DNA from: Phoronis australis
Taxonomy: Eukaryota > Animalia > Phoronida
Direction: 5' to 3'
Assembly (NCBI GenBank): GCA_002633005.1
Contig: NMRA01000342.1
Span: forward strand, 181,063 to 245,062
Length of the DNA: 64,000 bases
How positions within the stretch are numbered: position 1 is the stretch's first letter; each line of letters starts with the position of its first letter. This document shows, in pieces, positions 1 to 13,900 of this stretch. The position numbers were made by a program, and so were the translations under genes. The notes under the pieces are model-generated. The model was not told the DNA's origin. It searched no databases and saw only the letters and a program-made list of their open reading frames with translations.

Positions 1-3000
1 AGTAGCGACATGGGTGTTATCGAGTTCGCAGACCTTCCAAATCCGGGCCACAGTGAAACGAAATGGGTGCTTTCCAAAGTGTCCGATAGCTATATAAGGG
101 CATGGGACGCTTTTGGCCCATCAGTATATATATGGATTCACCTGGTAAAAAATGGAATTCAGCAGGCAACATCCGGCAACAAAAAACATGGAAAGACATA
201 GGATGCCGGTGGAAAATTAGTGGATACGGGTCGGGGAACTCAGGTGGCGATTGCCGGGACAACTCTTAGTGACCATGTACCGGAGCGCCAATGTTCGAGG
301 AAGTAATCATATGCACTCATGTAGTTCCCTCAGTTTTCTCATGATCACAAATGGTCAAGCAGTTGAACGCTTCACTTGACCAAACGTTGACCTCATAACG
401 ACACAGAGACTGCATATAGGCACGTTTAGATTTGTGCCGGCGCAGGGGACCCACCTGTAGTGGAGATACTACCCTAGAATATGATACGGTACGTGCCTCT
501 CAAAGGAGCGACTTTTCCACGGCCTGTATCCTTACGAAGGAGTGCCTTTTAATTCTGGAAAAATATCTACCAAGGTGGCATTCCAACAGAATTCCCTACA
601 AAAGGGTTCATTTTCGTTCTTCGAAACTCTATTAGGTTCCCTGGCTTTTTCAAAGCGTTTCAATATTTTTAAAACCTTATGAGAAACCATGCACTCCATT
701 TTTCTGACAATAGGACGTAACTGTTTCAGGCTGTGATGTAGTTTGAAGATATCTGTCCCGCAAGAATACCTAGAATAATGAAGTTATTTAAAAACAAAAC
801 GGCGCAGGATTTCCGGAACAAAACTTAATGAAAGGTATGGTCATTTTCATTGAAGCTCCTTGCAGATGAACGTTTTTCAGTCAACCATACCCGCTTCCGA
901 GCATTTCGGCACAGTTTAAATGTCAGTGGTGAAACATTTATTGGCCTGAGCGTTTCGGGAAAAGCATCCGAATCGGTGAACAAGACAAAGAGCCGATTTC
1001 GATTTGGCAATCTACGGGGTTTGGCCAGCACTAATACATGTACATGTTATAGCGTTTTGAGTCAGTGATGGTGTGAATGCTCTTAGTCTTAGTAATGGAA
1101 ATCAAGTTTTGCCAGAGGAAGCATAATTAACGGGTCTATTTTAATTAGCATTAAAAACTTAAAGGAACATTTCGCTGCTGTTTAGCTATGATTTCAAAGA
1201 GGCGCATCAGCATGGTCGATCTTGAACTGTTGAATTGTCGCCGAATGAGCCGGCAAATCAGGTAGCAGGCAATGCGTATATTGATGCTTGATTTTCAAAC
1301 ATTCAGTAATACTTAAGCTGACCTACATTCAAAACCTAAATTTAGTTAAAACAATTAAGTTTTTATAACGTTTGACAACTCTTAATCCTGGCCTGTGCAA
1401 ACAAAAAAATTTGGCGTACTCAATAAATTCAAGACATGTTTTCTTTTATGCGCACTGACCACTATTAAAAATACTCATTCTGCTTGAAAACCCTCTTTTA
1501 GTATATACCCTGCTTGAAAATGTATTACAAGTTTTCACACAAACAACTTCCTCATTACTTTCAAATCAACATTATATGCTGACATGATCGAAACAACAGA
1601 TCAACTTGAATTAGAAATTTTCGTTTGCCACTCCTAGGAAACTTTATTTTTACTTATCGCAACTACAGTGGCATACTCAAGACCCCCTTTTACAAATCAA
1701 ACACGTAGACTCACTGTTTACGTTATCGTACACCTATAATCATCAATGAAAATAAATTAGCCTCTTCAGTTTCGGATAAGATACATGTAAACGTCCAATC
1801 ATTTGCTGGACTTTCAAGATATCACAAGAACAGTCAAACTTTTAGATAAAAATACGATATTACTCAAGCTGCTTCTCGTACAATTATATCCAAAGTGAAT
1901 TACACCAAAGACGTTAACTCTCTACGATCTTTGATTACACTGAAACACTGCTCATTTGTGCGCACAACACACGCACCCGCACGCACATACACGAGCACAA
2001 ACACGTGCAAACATGGATACACATGTAGTTATCGCTGACACATTAACAACATGCGCGCGCATGTTATTCACAAGGGTGGATGATGAAATATTCCCTTTTT
2101 ATTTCTGCCAGTTGTTGTGTTTCTGAATTTCTGTTATTCTGTGGTAAGAATTTTTTTTCACAGAGCACGCGCATGAGCACTGCAGAAAATTAAGATAAAA
2201 AACGAAATACAACAATCGACTAAATCAATTTTTGTATGAACTCGCCCAATTATTATACTCCTGTCATCCAATAATTTTGAAATTTGTTTGATTACAAATT
2301 CATGGCTCCAACTGTCTTAGGGATAATCATGTTTCGTGAACATTCAGTTGAAATGATTTGAGATTTGAACCCAGTTTAGTAGGCAACGCTTCTGAGTGCG
2401 GTACCAGGCTAAAACTTCACTACTGTATACCAAAGCCGTGAACTTGCTGATCGACCAATGAAAACAAGTTTTGCGTCTTTCATTTTACACAGAACAATAC
2501 TCTAAAACTGAATAGCTCGGTGAGGAAAATGGCAACAATTAATAATGCAAAGAAAACCCGCAGTTAAGGGCGGGGTAGGGCCAAAATTTATCACCGACGG
2601 GTAGGCCTAAAGGGTTCACATGATCATGAAACTACTGATTTTAAAACTCACAGTTTGAATACTTTTTTAATTAACAATTTTGAATAAGTTTTCGGACTTT
2701 TTCACAACCACAACCACAGGGTTTTATTTGTTATCCATGATAAATGATTGTCCATCGATATCAAATCTTAAAAATGTGTGTGCAGCATGAAGTGGCTCGC
2801 GTATACGTTACACACATTAAAATCTGTAACAAACTGTAACCCATACAATTGTCTATAAACGTACGCCGTTACGAAATTTTGTCGAGCAATAGTAGAAGAG
2901 TAGAATGAAGTGAGGGCTTGCGCGCGTGGCACACGTTCCACGCAGTTGTAGGGGACCTGGGCTTTAATTTCACAAGCCCCATTGCGCACCTTGTCCCACT

Positions 3001-4060
3001 CTGAGGAATTGTAGTTTTGGCTCAATCAAAAAGTCTTGTTATATTCATGTTGTTATTTTTCAATACATGATTCATTTTTAAAAGTATTCAAACCCAACTT
3101 AGTGATCTCTGTAGTTCTAATTAACGAAATGAAACTGGCATTGTTCGACGACCATTTTTTATAACTAATAGACTGGCTCAGAGGCCACTTTCTCTGGATC
3201 CGAGCACCAAGAAACAACTGAATGAAAATGTATTCATGCGCGCCACATTTGACAGCGGGCTTGCGTGGTCCTTTTCACTGAAGGACGAACAGTAGGTACT
3301 CGATACGCCTGTGCGATATTTGTCAAGTGCACTACTCGCTGTAGCTGTGGTCGATCGGCATGATGTTATAGAACAGATTAGCAGGTGTGGTATTTAAAAG
3401 TTGACGAGATTCACACGAATCGTCTGCTCTGAATGTTCCAGAGTTGGATTCAAATTACTGGCGGGATTGGTACTTGATAGGCCTTCTGTTTAGGCCGAGT
3501 GACTGGTAGGCGGCTTAATTCTGCCTATATTTAAAGTTACCTTTCGCTAATTCTTTGACAACAGTCTGGGTTAGCGGTTTACATTATACTAAGTCTTTGT
3601 AACTGTGGTAAAGTGAAAGCGGCATCTGCCGAGTTTGGATATTTCATGTTCGAGTTCACGGAGTTCTGCTGACATCCCATCGATCGTTGGCTTAGAAATT
3701 ACGAGTCGGATTTTGTGAAAACCCCCACTCCCTTAACATGTTATTAGTTTCGAACTGCTCCATGCATAAGGTACTGTTCAATGCGTTAAACCAAGGCATT
3801 AATTCAGTCCCTACCTCTGTAAGGTCAAAATATGACAAACAGGTTCGGCAAATACTGGATTTTTGTAACCCCTAGACGAGAGGGTATTTCTAATACTCGA
3901 TTCTGATGTCAAACCCAACTGACTGCGTCCCATCACGCTAAATATCCAAGTGGAGAAGGTCAGTACAATAAGTGCACTGAAAAACTGGTTCAGCTGAAGG
4001 ATGTTATATAATGAAATCCAACAAGGGCCTAGATGTTGTTCTGGACCTTGTGGTTTTCTG

Positions 4061-4369
4061 TTAAAGTGGCATTAAACCTGTGCTTTCTGTCAAAAATAAG
4101 TTTTGATTTAGTCCACTCACAGTTACAGAACTGATTTAGAACTTGTTTTAAGTTTAGGTGGAGTAGATTTCAGAGGTTTAAAGGAACTGCCAGTGTGTTG
4201 GCCGATCTTATGACTTCAGGTCATGCAGTGACTTGAAATTTTATGAGCTTTTTCTAAAGAAATAAGGAAGTGTTGAAGTGTTTCTCGCGCTTAGAGGCAT
4301 TTAGTAAAAACTTTAAAGCTGAAACATAAAACAAGTTTGATTATGGCAAGTGGTTTAATGCCACTCTAG
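4061..4369. mobile_element. MITE with about 18-bp TIR (TTAA-type target, Kolobok-like)
   Basis: ttaaAGTGGCATTAAACC ... GGTTTAATGCCACTctag. Confidence 0.6.
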
Positions 4370-4870
4370 TTACACTGTGTTCACAGCCAGCTCTATCTCA
4401 ATCTGGTTATTGTTAAACACAACCATATTTTGGTGACGTCAACTATTTCTTTCTTTAGCGATTGAAGCGTTTGCAGCAAACCATTAATGTGATATGAAGC
4501 TTGTGTTACATCTTTTCTTATTTTTTTCATTAAAAAAATCAGTCATTATGTGTTGGTGTTATCCGTATCGTGTACCAGGGCGTACTTGTATGCATGGTAC
4601 TAGTATGACTTCCATCACTAAGCCCTGTTTTTCTTGAGTACATCCTGCGCGTCTCTTTAGAACAATTTAAAAGGCATTGTCTGCAGAAATTTCCAAAGAT
4701 ATGGTGATGTGGTTAACGTCACTGCTTTTCCTAGATATTAATGCTGATTTGATTGTACAGGAAATCTCAACAATTTTTTCTTTTACCCCGATACTTCAAA
4801 TGGCAGCTTTGTATTACTTTCTTTCTAATAATGGAGGGGTTGCATATTGTTGGCCCTTAAAGGATAATTA

Positions 4871-6771
4871 CCGTATTCACCCTAATAAGCGCCCATGCTC
4901 CTATAAGCGCCCCCCATGCGTTCAGACTTTGCTAAAATAAGCGCCCAGTCCATGAACACCGTGTACATGCGAAAAATGCCTTGCCTACAGTTCTAAAATT
5001 CTACAGTAATGTCTTCAGTTTATCAATAAGATCTGATAGACCTGAAAAAATCATTGTGCCCAGAATTTGTAGACCCCTTCCTCGCTGCTATACACTTCAT
5101 GCTTCAGTCCGCCGTGCTTCAAAAAGAACGTAAGCGCGAATTGAATTCTACTAAAAATTTGACCTTAATTCAGTTAAAAGCAGGTAGCCAGGAAGCGCGC
5201 GCAACATTCAAGTACCTGTCATCGAACATTAGTCTTTGGGAACTATCTATTCATGAAACGTGTAGCATAGCATTGGCAACTAAATAATGGCACTTATTTC
5301 CAAAATTTTCTGATACCATAAATTATGGTCGCGTTATTTTTAAAGGGGAATTATTAAATTACTTGTAATTGGTGTTTTTAAATTCAAAATGACCCCCTAT
5401 AGTGAACACTTCCGCATCCTTACACCCCCCCGAATCTCCTGAAAAGTAACTGTCATGCATCCAGTCACCCAGTGTCTCAATGACATCGCCCTTACCAAGA
5501 CAATTCTCGAACGTTTTCAGCAGATGAGGTCAACAAGTGCTAAATAATACACTTCCTGTTTTGCTACTTGTGTTAATTTCCTTAGTTACAATGCCCATCT
5601 AGATTGCTACACCGCGTTTACTCTGGCAAAATCTCGCTGGTCCCCTACGTGCCTAGTCAGCATGCAGGTATCGTGCAGTGGTACGCGCTTTAGCATTGGT
5701 TGATGTAACCACAGCAGTCATTGGTTAGCTTTACAACACCTTGAAAAAATGGCGGGCTGTGAACATTTAGCTTTGTCATGCAAGTGGCTTCGCAGCAACT
5801 ATTTCGTTTCTGCAGCGATGTTTAATAGCCGCGTGCTTGAAGCGCATACATGTGCAATAAACACATATCTGGACGATTTACGAGTGTGTTATTTTGTACT
5901 GTATGAATACAGGACAGTATCGTTAACAAAAGTCATCAACAGTAGAAAGATGCATTCCGAAAAGGCGCAACCACAATTTCTTGGATTCACTTTTCCTGAA
6001 CATAAAATTTAAGCACTGATTTGTCTGTACAACAGACCTCATGATTTACACTTCAGTCCATCAGTCATGCCAGCATACTAGAGTATCGAGTATCTATGAT
6101 GCTGTTCAGTTTGTTTGCGTGAAGCGCTGCCTGTTGAGAATTTGACTAGCCAATCAGAAACGCCGGTGTAAAAAAAATTCCCAAGGAAAATTAAGTCGTG
6201 ATACCTGCGAGCTGGCTACTGACCACCTACTGGTACGCAGGGAACCAGCGAGTCACACAATACTTAGACAAACTTCAAGACAAACATTACAACGTGTGTT
6301 CGTTAAGAGATTTTCTCGTGTTGCTTAGTACGATTTAGCGCAGATTTGGACATAATATGCTGTTAATCACGACTCCACAGGAACTTAAAAATCTTAGGGA
6401 GGCTATTTTGGAAATTTTAAGAAGAACTTCAGGTAATTTGTTGAATCGAAAGTATATTTTTACTCAAGAATTCAAGTTGACCTATTGGCGATCGCGAGGC
6501 AGCGATGCATCAATCGGCGAGTTTTCGCACTGGGATTTTCTGAAAAATACTCGTAAGTTAACAACAAAATTTGATAGCAATGCACTGCAATTTTGTAGAA
6601 ACTCTGTCATGTGTTACAGATGAGTCACAGAGCATAAATTTGATGAATTCTAGTTTCCGTTTTCATCTGTTTCGGAGACCTAGTTTCGACCACTTTTGGG
6701 CTATAATAAACACCCCCCTTCCTGTGGTGAATTTTTCTGAGCGCCCTGGGCGCTCATTAGGGCGAATACGG
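4871..6771. mobile_element. Non-autonomous Tc1/mariner-pogo type DNA transposon, TA target duplication
   Basis: ta|CCGTATTCACCCTAATAAGCGCCC ... GGGCGCTCATTAGGGCGAATACGG|ta; no transposase ORF. Confidence 0.82.
5633..6252. mobile_element. Nested inverted-repeat element inside the pogo-like element
   Basis: CTCGCTGGTCCCCTACGTGCC vs GGTACGCAGGGAACCAGCGAG; inner GCAGGTATC/GATACCTGC pair. Confidence 0.6.
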
Positions 6772-7164
6772 TATGCTTATTCCTAAGCTGCCTTCCTCGT
6801 CAAAAATATTGGGACATAAAATTCCTCAAGTGTGGGATGGGGAAAATATTCAATTGTTTTGTGTAACCTCAGAACTTGTACCAAATTATAGACTTTGTTA
6901 CTATTAGGCGTCCCAATTTCAAGAATTGTCGCCAATTTTTGATGGCTGTATGAACTGGAAAGTATATTTTCAGGCAATGTCCAACATTAGAAATATGATG
7001 CATACTTAAGTTGCGTATACCCGTCCTTACAATGAAGAAATTTCAATATTTTAGCCTTGAATATGAGTGCTCCAAATTTTAGAGACTTCTCAAAATGTTT
7101 CTGGCTAAATACAGTAAATTTGGTCATAGAGTCAAGTACTATCCTCGCCTGAGTTGCTCAGGTG

Positions 7165-7640
7165 AGCAATGAGGAAGTATGCCATTAAAATACATATCGG
7201 TTATCAGTTCTTGGAATTCCTTGTTTGCTTACGGGGGGGGGGGGGGATGAGGAAGGTAGTCATCNATTCTTACTTATTACAGGCCTCCCCCCTAAGCAAG
7301 GTAGTCATATGGGTAGTATTTAAAATACATATATTGGTTATCAGTTTCAGGAATTCCCTGCTTGCTTGCACGGAAATGAGCAATGTAGTCTTAAGGGTAG
7401 CATTTTAAATACATATATTGCTGTAATTTCTTACTTGCTTACACAGGGAGGGCTGAGCAAGGTAGTCATATGAGTAGTATTTGAAATACATATTGGTTGT
7501 CAGATCCAGGAATTTCTTGCTTGTTTACTCGGAAATGAGCGAGGTAGTCATACTGGTAGTATTTAAAATACTTAATATATTGTTTGTCAGTTCCAGGACT
7601 TTCTTGCTTGCTTACACAGAAATGAACAGGATTGTCAATT
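7165..7640. repeat. Degenerate tandem repeat (roughly 80-100 bp unit)
   Basis: Recurring aggtagtcat..ggtagtatttaaaatacatatattggtt..tcttgcttgcttac; single N at 7265. Confidence 0.65.
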
Positions 7641-7886
7641 AAAGGTTCATAAATACCCCCTAGGTTTTCTGAGCTTCATAAATTTATTTAAAGATGGTTC
7701 ATAGCAACTGTTGCCAATAGTCTCACACTGACAACTCAAAGTTTTCAGTTCATCATGCTGGGTCATGTGAAATTAGTTACAATGTTGTCTAGTATCTATG
7801 TGTCACTGGTAGGCTGTTGTGTTTGTCTGTCATGTGTATGTTACTTCTGATATCATATCTTAATGAGGTTTAACCACCGATCAATC

Positions 7887-7952
7887 CATAGGCGGATTTA
7901 GGGGGGGCCCAGGGGGCCCGGCCCCCCTTGTGATATCCTAGATCCGCCACTG
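7887..7952. mobile_element. Very short hAT-like MITE (also present near 9963-10028)
   Basis: GGCGGATTTAGG...CCTAGATCCGCCACTG inverted termini around a GC-rich hairpin. Confidence 0.55.
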
Positions 7953-8690
7953 CAATCCTTTTCAAGGCTTAAGGAACCGCTTTTGATGTCTTCACCCATG
8001 AGGATCCAAAACGTGTTTGAAGGCAATGCTTTTGGGCTATGGTCTGATATAATGTGCCCGAATTTTGAGCACCAGTTTGTCTCCACTGAATAACAGGTAT
8101 CAAACTGGTTCTCAAAACACGATATATCAGACTTGCCATGCTTATTGTTGTTAACTTTTTTCTGTACTCTGGAATCATTTGTGTTGGGACGAGGTATTAT
8201 TGTTAGTACTGTGCTAAATCAAAAGTTAGTGATTTTGATGGAAGATGGGCAGCAGAATGGTGATGTGACTACATCAAAACACGTTGAAACTTAAATATAC
8301 TTTGTCTTAAATTTGTTTATAATCTTTGTAACATATTTGTCTTCATTTGAAACCCCCTCTGATGTCCTATGCTGATAATAAATACCGAGAATTTATAAGT
8401 TGCATGCCAAAATGTTGACTTATCACATTTATGGAAATTTCTATGATTTTGCGTGAACAGTCATAATTTTCGAAGTCCATCTGAATACAATGATTTTAGG
8501 CTTATTTTTGTGGCTGCATAAATAGATGTTTCTCACTTTTCTGTGGCCATCAGAAATTGGAAGAATATGATCTTGTACTACCGTTGCATAAGTGGCATTT
8601 GAAGGTCAGAATGAATCCTATATGGATATCCCTTGCACCGATCTGTTTCTTTTTTCAGGAAGAAAATCTGCTATCATTGTGAACTTAAAA

Positions 8691-8900
8691 ATGGGTTTAA
8701 TAATTAGCACAGAACCAGTTGTAGCACGGACGTGGGTTGACGGGTTTTTCTCCAGCTTCCGCAAGGATGGTCTACCGACAATCTATCCGTCGAACAAAAC
8801 CCCCGTGACTTTGGATGTGCTGGAGTGTGGTTTTATTTATGCAGCGCTGATCCTTTTTATTTCTTTTCTGGTCATTCTGCCTGGCATCCGAGGACTAGAG
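8691..8900 (+). CDS. DUOXA1: Second copy of DUOXA first coding exon (probably the other allele)
   Basis: MGLIISTEPVVARTW...ILPGIRGLE followed by GTAAGT; acceptor tttcag at 8653-8658. Nearly identical to 10761-10970 and separated from it by an N gap. Confidence 0.75.
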
Positions 8901-10760
8901 GTAAGTGAACGAAGCGAGCTCAGAATGCACTGCAGTGGTTTACTGGCTACTCACCAGGTGGCATTAGTGAATAGGCCGTTGTGCATCAACAGTGACTCTA
9001 TAATTATGTCTGAATGTATACATACTTTCATGTGGGACCGTTCTTTAGTGCCACTTAGTGCAATTTTATCTCTGCATTCTAAACTGCATTACCATGACTA
9101 CTTTGTGTTTNNNNNNNNNNNNNNNNNNNNNNNNNNNNNNNNNNNNNNNNNNNNNNNNNNNNNNNNNNNNNNNNNNNNNNNNNNNNNNNNNNNNNNNNNN
9201 NNNNNNNNNNNNNNNNNNNNNNNNNNNNNNNNNNNNNNNNNNNNNNNNNNNNNNNNNNNNNNNNNNNNNNNNNNNNNNNNNNNNNNNNNNNNNNNNNNNN
9301 NNNNNNNNNNNNNNNNNNNNNNNNNNNNNNNNNNNNNNNNNNNNNNNNNNNNNNNNNNNNNNNNNNNNNNNNNNNNNNNNNNNNNNNNNNNNNNNNNNNN
9401 NNNNNNNNNNNNNNNNNNNNNNNNNNNNNNNNNNNNNNNNNNNNNNNNNNNNNNNNNNNNNNNNNNNNNNNNNNNNNNNNNNNNNNNNNNNNNNNNNNNN
9501 NNNNNNNNNNNNNNNNNNNNNNNNNNNNNNNNNNNNNNNNNNNNNNNNNNNNNNNNNNNNNNNNNNNNNNNNNNNNNNNNNNNNNNNNNNNNNNNNNNNN
9601 NNNNNNNNNNNNNNNNNNNNNNNNNNNNNNNNNNNNNNNNNNNNNNNNNNNNNNNNNNNNNNNNNNNNNNNNNNNNNNNNNNNNNNNNNNNNNNNNNNNN
9701 NNNNNNNNNNNNNNNNNNNNNNNNNNNNNNNNNNNNNNNNNNNNNNNNNNNNNNNNNNNNNNNNNNNNNNNGGTTCATAGCAACTGTTGCCAATAGTCTT
9801 ACACTGACAACTCAAAGTTTTCAGTTCATCATGCTGGGTCATGTGAAATTAGTTACAATGTTGTCTACTATCTATGTGTCACTGGTAGGCTGTTGTGTTT
9901 GTCTGTCATGTGTATGTTACTTCTGATATCATATCTTAATGAGGTTTAACCACCGACCAATCCATAGGCGGATTTAGGGGGGCCCAGGGGCCCAGGCCCC
10001 CCTTGTGATATCCTAGATCCGCCACTGCAATCCTTTTCAAGGCTTAAGGAACCGTTTTTGATGTCTTCACCCATGAGGATCCAAAACCTGTTTGAAGGCA
10101 ATGCTTTTGGGCTATGGTCTGATATAACGTGCCCGAATTTTGAGAACCAGTTTGCCTCCACTGAATAACAGGTATCAAACTGATTCTCAAAACACGTTAT
10201 ATCAGACTATTGCCATGCTTATTGTTGTTAACTTTTTTCTGTGCTCTGGAATCATTTGTGTTGGAACAAGGTATTATTTTTAGTACTGTGCTAAATCAAA
10301 AGTTAGTGATTTTGATGGAAGATGGGCTCGCAACAGAATGGTGATGTGATTACATCAAAACATATTGAAACTTAAATATACTTTGTCTTAAATTTCTTTA
10401 TAAACTTTGTAACATATTTGCCTTCATTTGAAACCCCCTCTGATGTCCTATGCTGATAATAAATACCGAGAATTTATAAGTTGCATGCCAAAATGTTCAC
10501 TTGTCACATTTATGGAAATTTCTATGATTTTCCGTGAACAGTCATAATTTTCGAAGTCCATCTAAATACAATGGTTTTAGGATTATTTTTGTGCATAAAT
10601 ACATGTTTCTCACTTTTTTGTAACCATCAGAAATTTGAAGAATATTATCTTGTACTACCGTAGCATTAGTGGCATTTGAAGATCAGAATGATTCCTATAT
10701 GGATATCCCTTGCACCGATCTGTTTCTTTTTTCAGGAAGAAAATCTGCTATCACTTAAAA

Positions 10761-10970
10761 ATGGGTTTAATAATTAGCACAGAACCAGTCGTAGCACGGA
10801 CGTGGGTTGACGGGTTTTTCTCCAGCTTCCGCAAGGATGGTCTACCGACAATCTATCCGTCGAACAAAACCCCAGTGACTTTGGATGTGCTGGAGTGTGG
10901 TTTTATTTATGCAGCGTTGATCTTTTTCATATCTTTTCTGGTCATTCTGCCTGGCATCCGAGGACTAGAG
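10761..10970 (+). CDS. DUOXA1: DUOXA coding exon 1
   Basis: ATG to GLE, then GTAAGT; 70 codons including the first TM helix. An upstream acceptor implies a non-coding first exon. Confidence 0.9.
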
Positions 10971-13900
10971 GTAAGTGAATGAAGCCAGCTCAGAATGCAC
11001 TGCAGTGGTTTACTGGATACTCACCAGGTTGCACTAGTGAATTGGTCGTTCTACATCAACAGTGACACTATAATTATGTCTGAATGTATACATACTTTCA
11101 TGTGGGACCGTTCTTTAGTGCCACTTAGTGCAATTTTATCTCTGCATTCTAAACTGCATTACCATGACTACTTTGTGTTTTTGCAAAATGTGTGCGTTGC
11201 AAAAAAGGGTTGTGTGGTCATATGTTCTGTAATGAACAAAGAATTTATTGCGAGTCAGTAGTCCTGTGTCCAATGACTACATTAACAGCAAGCAATGTTT
11301 GCCCTAGTCATTTCTAAACACTGACAATTAAAGTGAAACTTATTTTGTTTTGTTTCTTACAACATATCAAAGTTACCACCCTTTTTAACACAGTGAGAAT
11401 CTTTGGTCACTTTCCCATTAGGTTAACTTCGGTTTACAGAAGCTTCGTCGAAACTTCACTTACCTTTCTGCTACACAGCGAGATATCAAAGTTATCGCTA
11501 TGACAACAAATGACGCAGTTCATTCGTACTCTCAAACGAATACGAGTGTTTATGAAAATGATCAGTGTCATTCTTCATCAAAATTAATATGCATTATTTT
11601 ATTTATTTACGTCTGTCTATTGAGAGCACGATTAACAAAGAACACGTTTTGCGAGTCTCTCGTCATCATATATCGCTGCCGTGACCGCTAACGCTTTTAG
11701 TGGTAATTCCCACTACACCGAAGCTTCGCCTTTAAATCCTACTATGTAAAGTGAAGTTTTGCTTGCATATTAATACCAGAGTCATTCTTTACCACTTACC
11801 GAAACTTTGGTAAAAGACGAAGTTTCGCTTCTAGTGGGAAAGTGACTTTTGACTATTTGGATCAAATAACAAAAAAAAAACAACCTCCTGCCTACCCTAA
11901 ACATGGATAATACAAACCCACCGGTGCATCCCTCTTATTACTTTTAACTTTATTCGTGCTACAACTGAAAACTGGTTCACAAGAATTTTACTTTTGTGTG
12001 CGAAACCATTTGGAAACCCAATATATTTTGGTGTTATTTTCACTAAAATACAAGCTTTATAGAAGCTCTAAAAAGCTATATCAAGTGGTAAAACTAGTGA
12101 AAATAAAATGACGAGCACCACGTTTCGAGCGATGCGTTCTTGTCAAGGGTATGATCACTCGAAACATGAGGAATATTTTAGTATATTCTAGTGCCGACGC
12201 TCATTGTTTCATTTTTACTAGTTTTACTATTTTACATTCTTATCCATCGGTAACTGCACGGCATTCCAGCATCTATTTCACTTATCTAAAAAAGCTGCCA
12301 CGGCATTCCAGCATCTATTTCACTTATCTAAAAAGCTGTTTTTACTACAAGATAACGTTTAAATATTTAGGGGATACTCTTGTGGAATTTCTCAATTTCA
12401 AAGAGAACCTGTAACCGAATTGGTTGAGGCTTCAGAATGGGCATTTGGGAGGATGTTAAATATTTTGCAACAATAAAACTTAGGTTTTTCAGCTTTTAAA
12501 ACTCTTTTGACTCTTGTGTAGCACCAATTTTTAGTATGATTGTGCTGTGTAGGTTTATAAAGAATAGTATTAATTGTGAACATTCCTGTACATTGTCAGT
12601 CTCTTGCAGTGAAGTTGTATCTCTTGTCTTTCAGCGCTTATTCTGCTTCATACGTTTCACAGTCAGTTTGTTCATTGGTTTAGTGATCATGCGTAAGTAT
12701 GAACTATGGTTAAGGTTACAATTTGGCGACTATTTCATCAACAGTACTGCTGTTGTTTTTCATGTGCGCTTTTGTTCGATAATTGCTCTAATCTCCGATT
12801 AGGTCCTATCTAGCTTGACTGGGCTGTGCTGTTCAAAATAAAAGATATAAGTTATAAATTGTTTGAACATAAGCCAATAACAATTCTGAATTCCGTGTTA
12901 AATGCTGATGTAGTTAGGGTTTTAAATCATCAAAATCACCCAACTACAACCAAAGTTAAGGCAGTGTTTTCTGTCCAAACCCATTAGGAATGCATTTGAG
13001 TTTTACTGTGTTCATATGAGGTCCATAATGGGGTGCAACCACCATAGTAGATAATTGACATGCATGTTGTCAAAACAAAGGACTGCCCTAAGCAATTAAC
13101 AAAGCAGCCAGATTTTACCAGGCTTTCAGAACCAGCCTTGTCTGGTAAAACCATTGAAAAGGAGAAGGGTGCTAAGGGGGTCATCATCAGCTCACAAATA
13201 TTGGGTGACATGATTGAAAACTTGGAGGCTGAAAACTTGGAGGTATGTGCTGCATTCCATAGACATGTGACCCTAACAAGTAGGACTAGTGTAATCCCTT
13301 GCTTTGCTTGTAAAGCAAAACGGCATTTATCGTAGTCTTGCATTATCGTGATTTTCTTAAGCCTATGGAACACAGGCACCTGTGTTTTAGGTTGTGACAT
13401 TTAGTTCTGTGTCATGGGACGGTGCGTGCCTGCAGAATCTCGTTTGTAGAAGATACAACGGAGATTGTCAGACATATAGCGGCGAAATAGATCACAAGGG
13501 GAAATTATGAATCTTGGTTGGACTTACGGCAAAAATACTTCAGTTTGGGATCCAATATGGCGAACAAGTGTATGGCGTAGCTATTACCATGCAAACAGCA
13601 TTTGGTAAAAATTTGAGAATTAGCAATAATGTTGTAAGTCTTTTGAAAATAAGGATTATGGCAATTTTAACAATTATTTTTGTCCCAAATTGAAGGCTTG
13701 TCACTGTACTTGGGAGAATTCAAGCAATATTTTGTGGGACGCTGCAAGTTTTTTTCAAACGTCTGGGACACCTGTTGGTTTTTGTGTCAATCTTCTGAAA
13801 AATGGCAGAAAACTTTGAATAAAATGTAATCTCGTTTTTGTGATAAGTTGAATCTCAGCTCATCTATTATGTTTCAGGAAGCATGCTCGATTCTGTCAAA

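Larger units (their letters stand above)
7696..11180 (+). repeat. About 1.4-kb direct duplication across N gap (7696-9110 vs 9772-11180)
   Basis: Copies differ by scattered SNPs and small indels; both end exactly at the gap edges. Confidence 0.9.

Noticed and set aside
8592-9926. Long ORFs (231-444 aa) spanning 9111-9771
   Set aside because: Artefacts of translating through the N gap; only 8691-8900 is coding.
12984-13400. Overlapping 138-aa and 91-aa ORFs in DUOXA intron 2
   Set aside because: No domain similarity recognised, and DUOXA exons 2 and 3 join without them.
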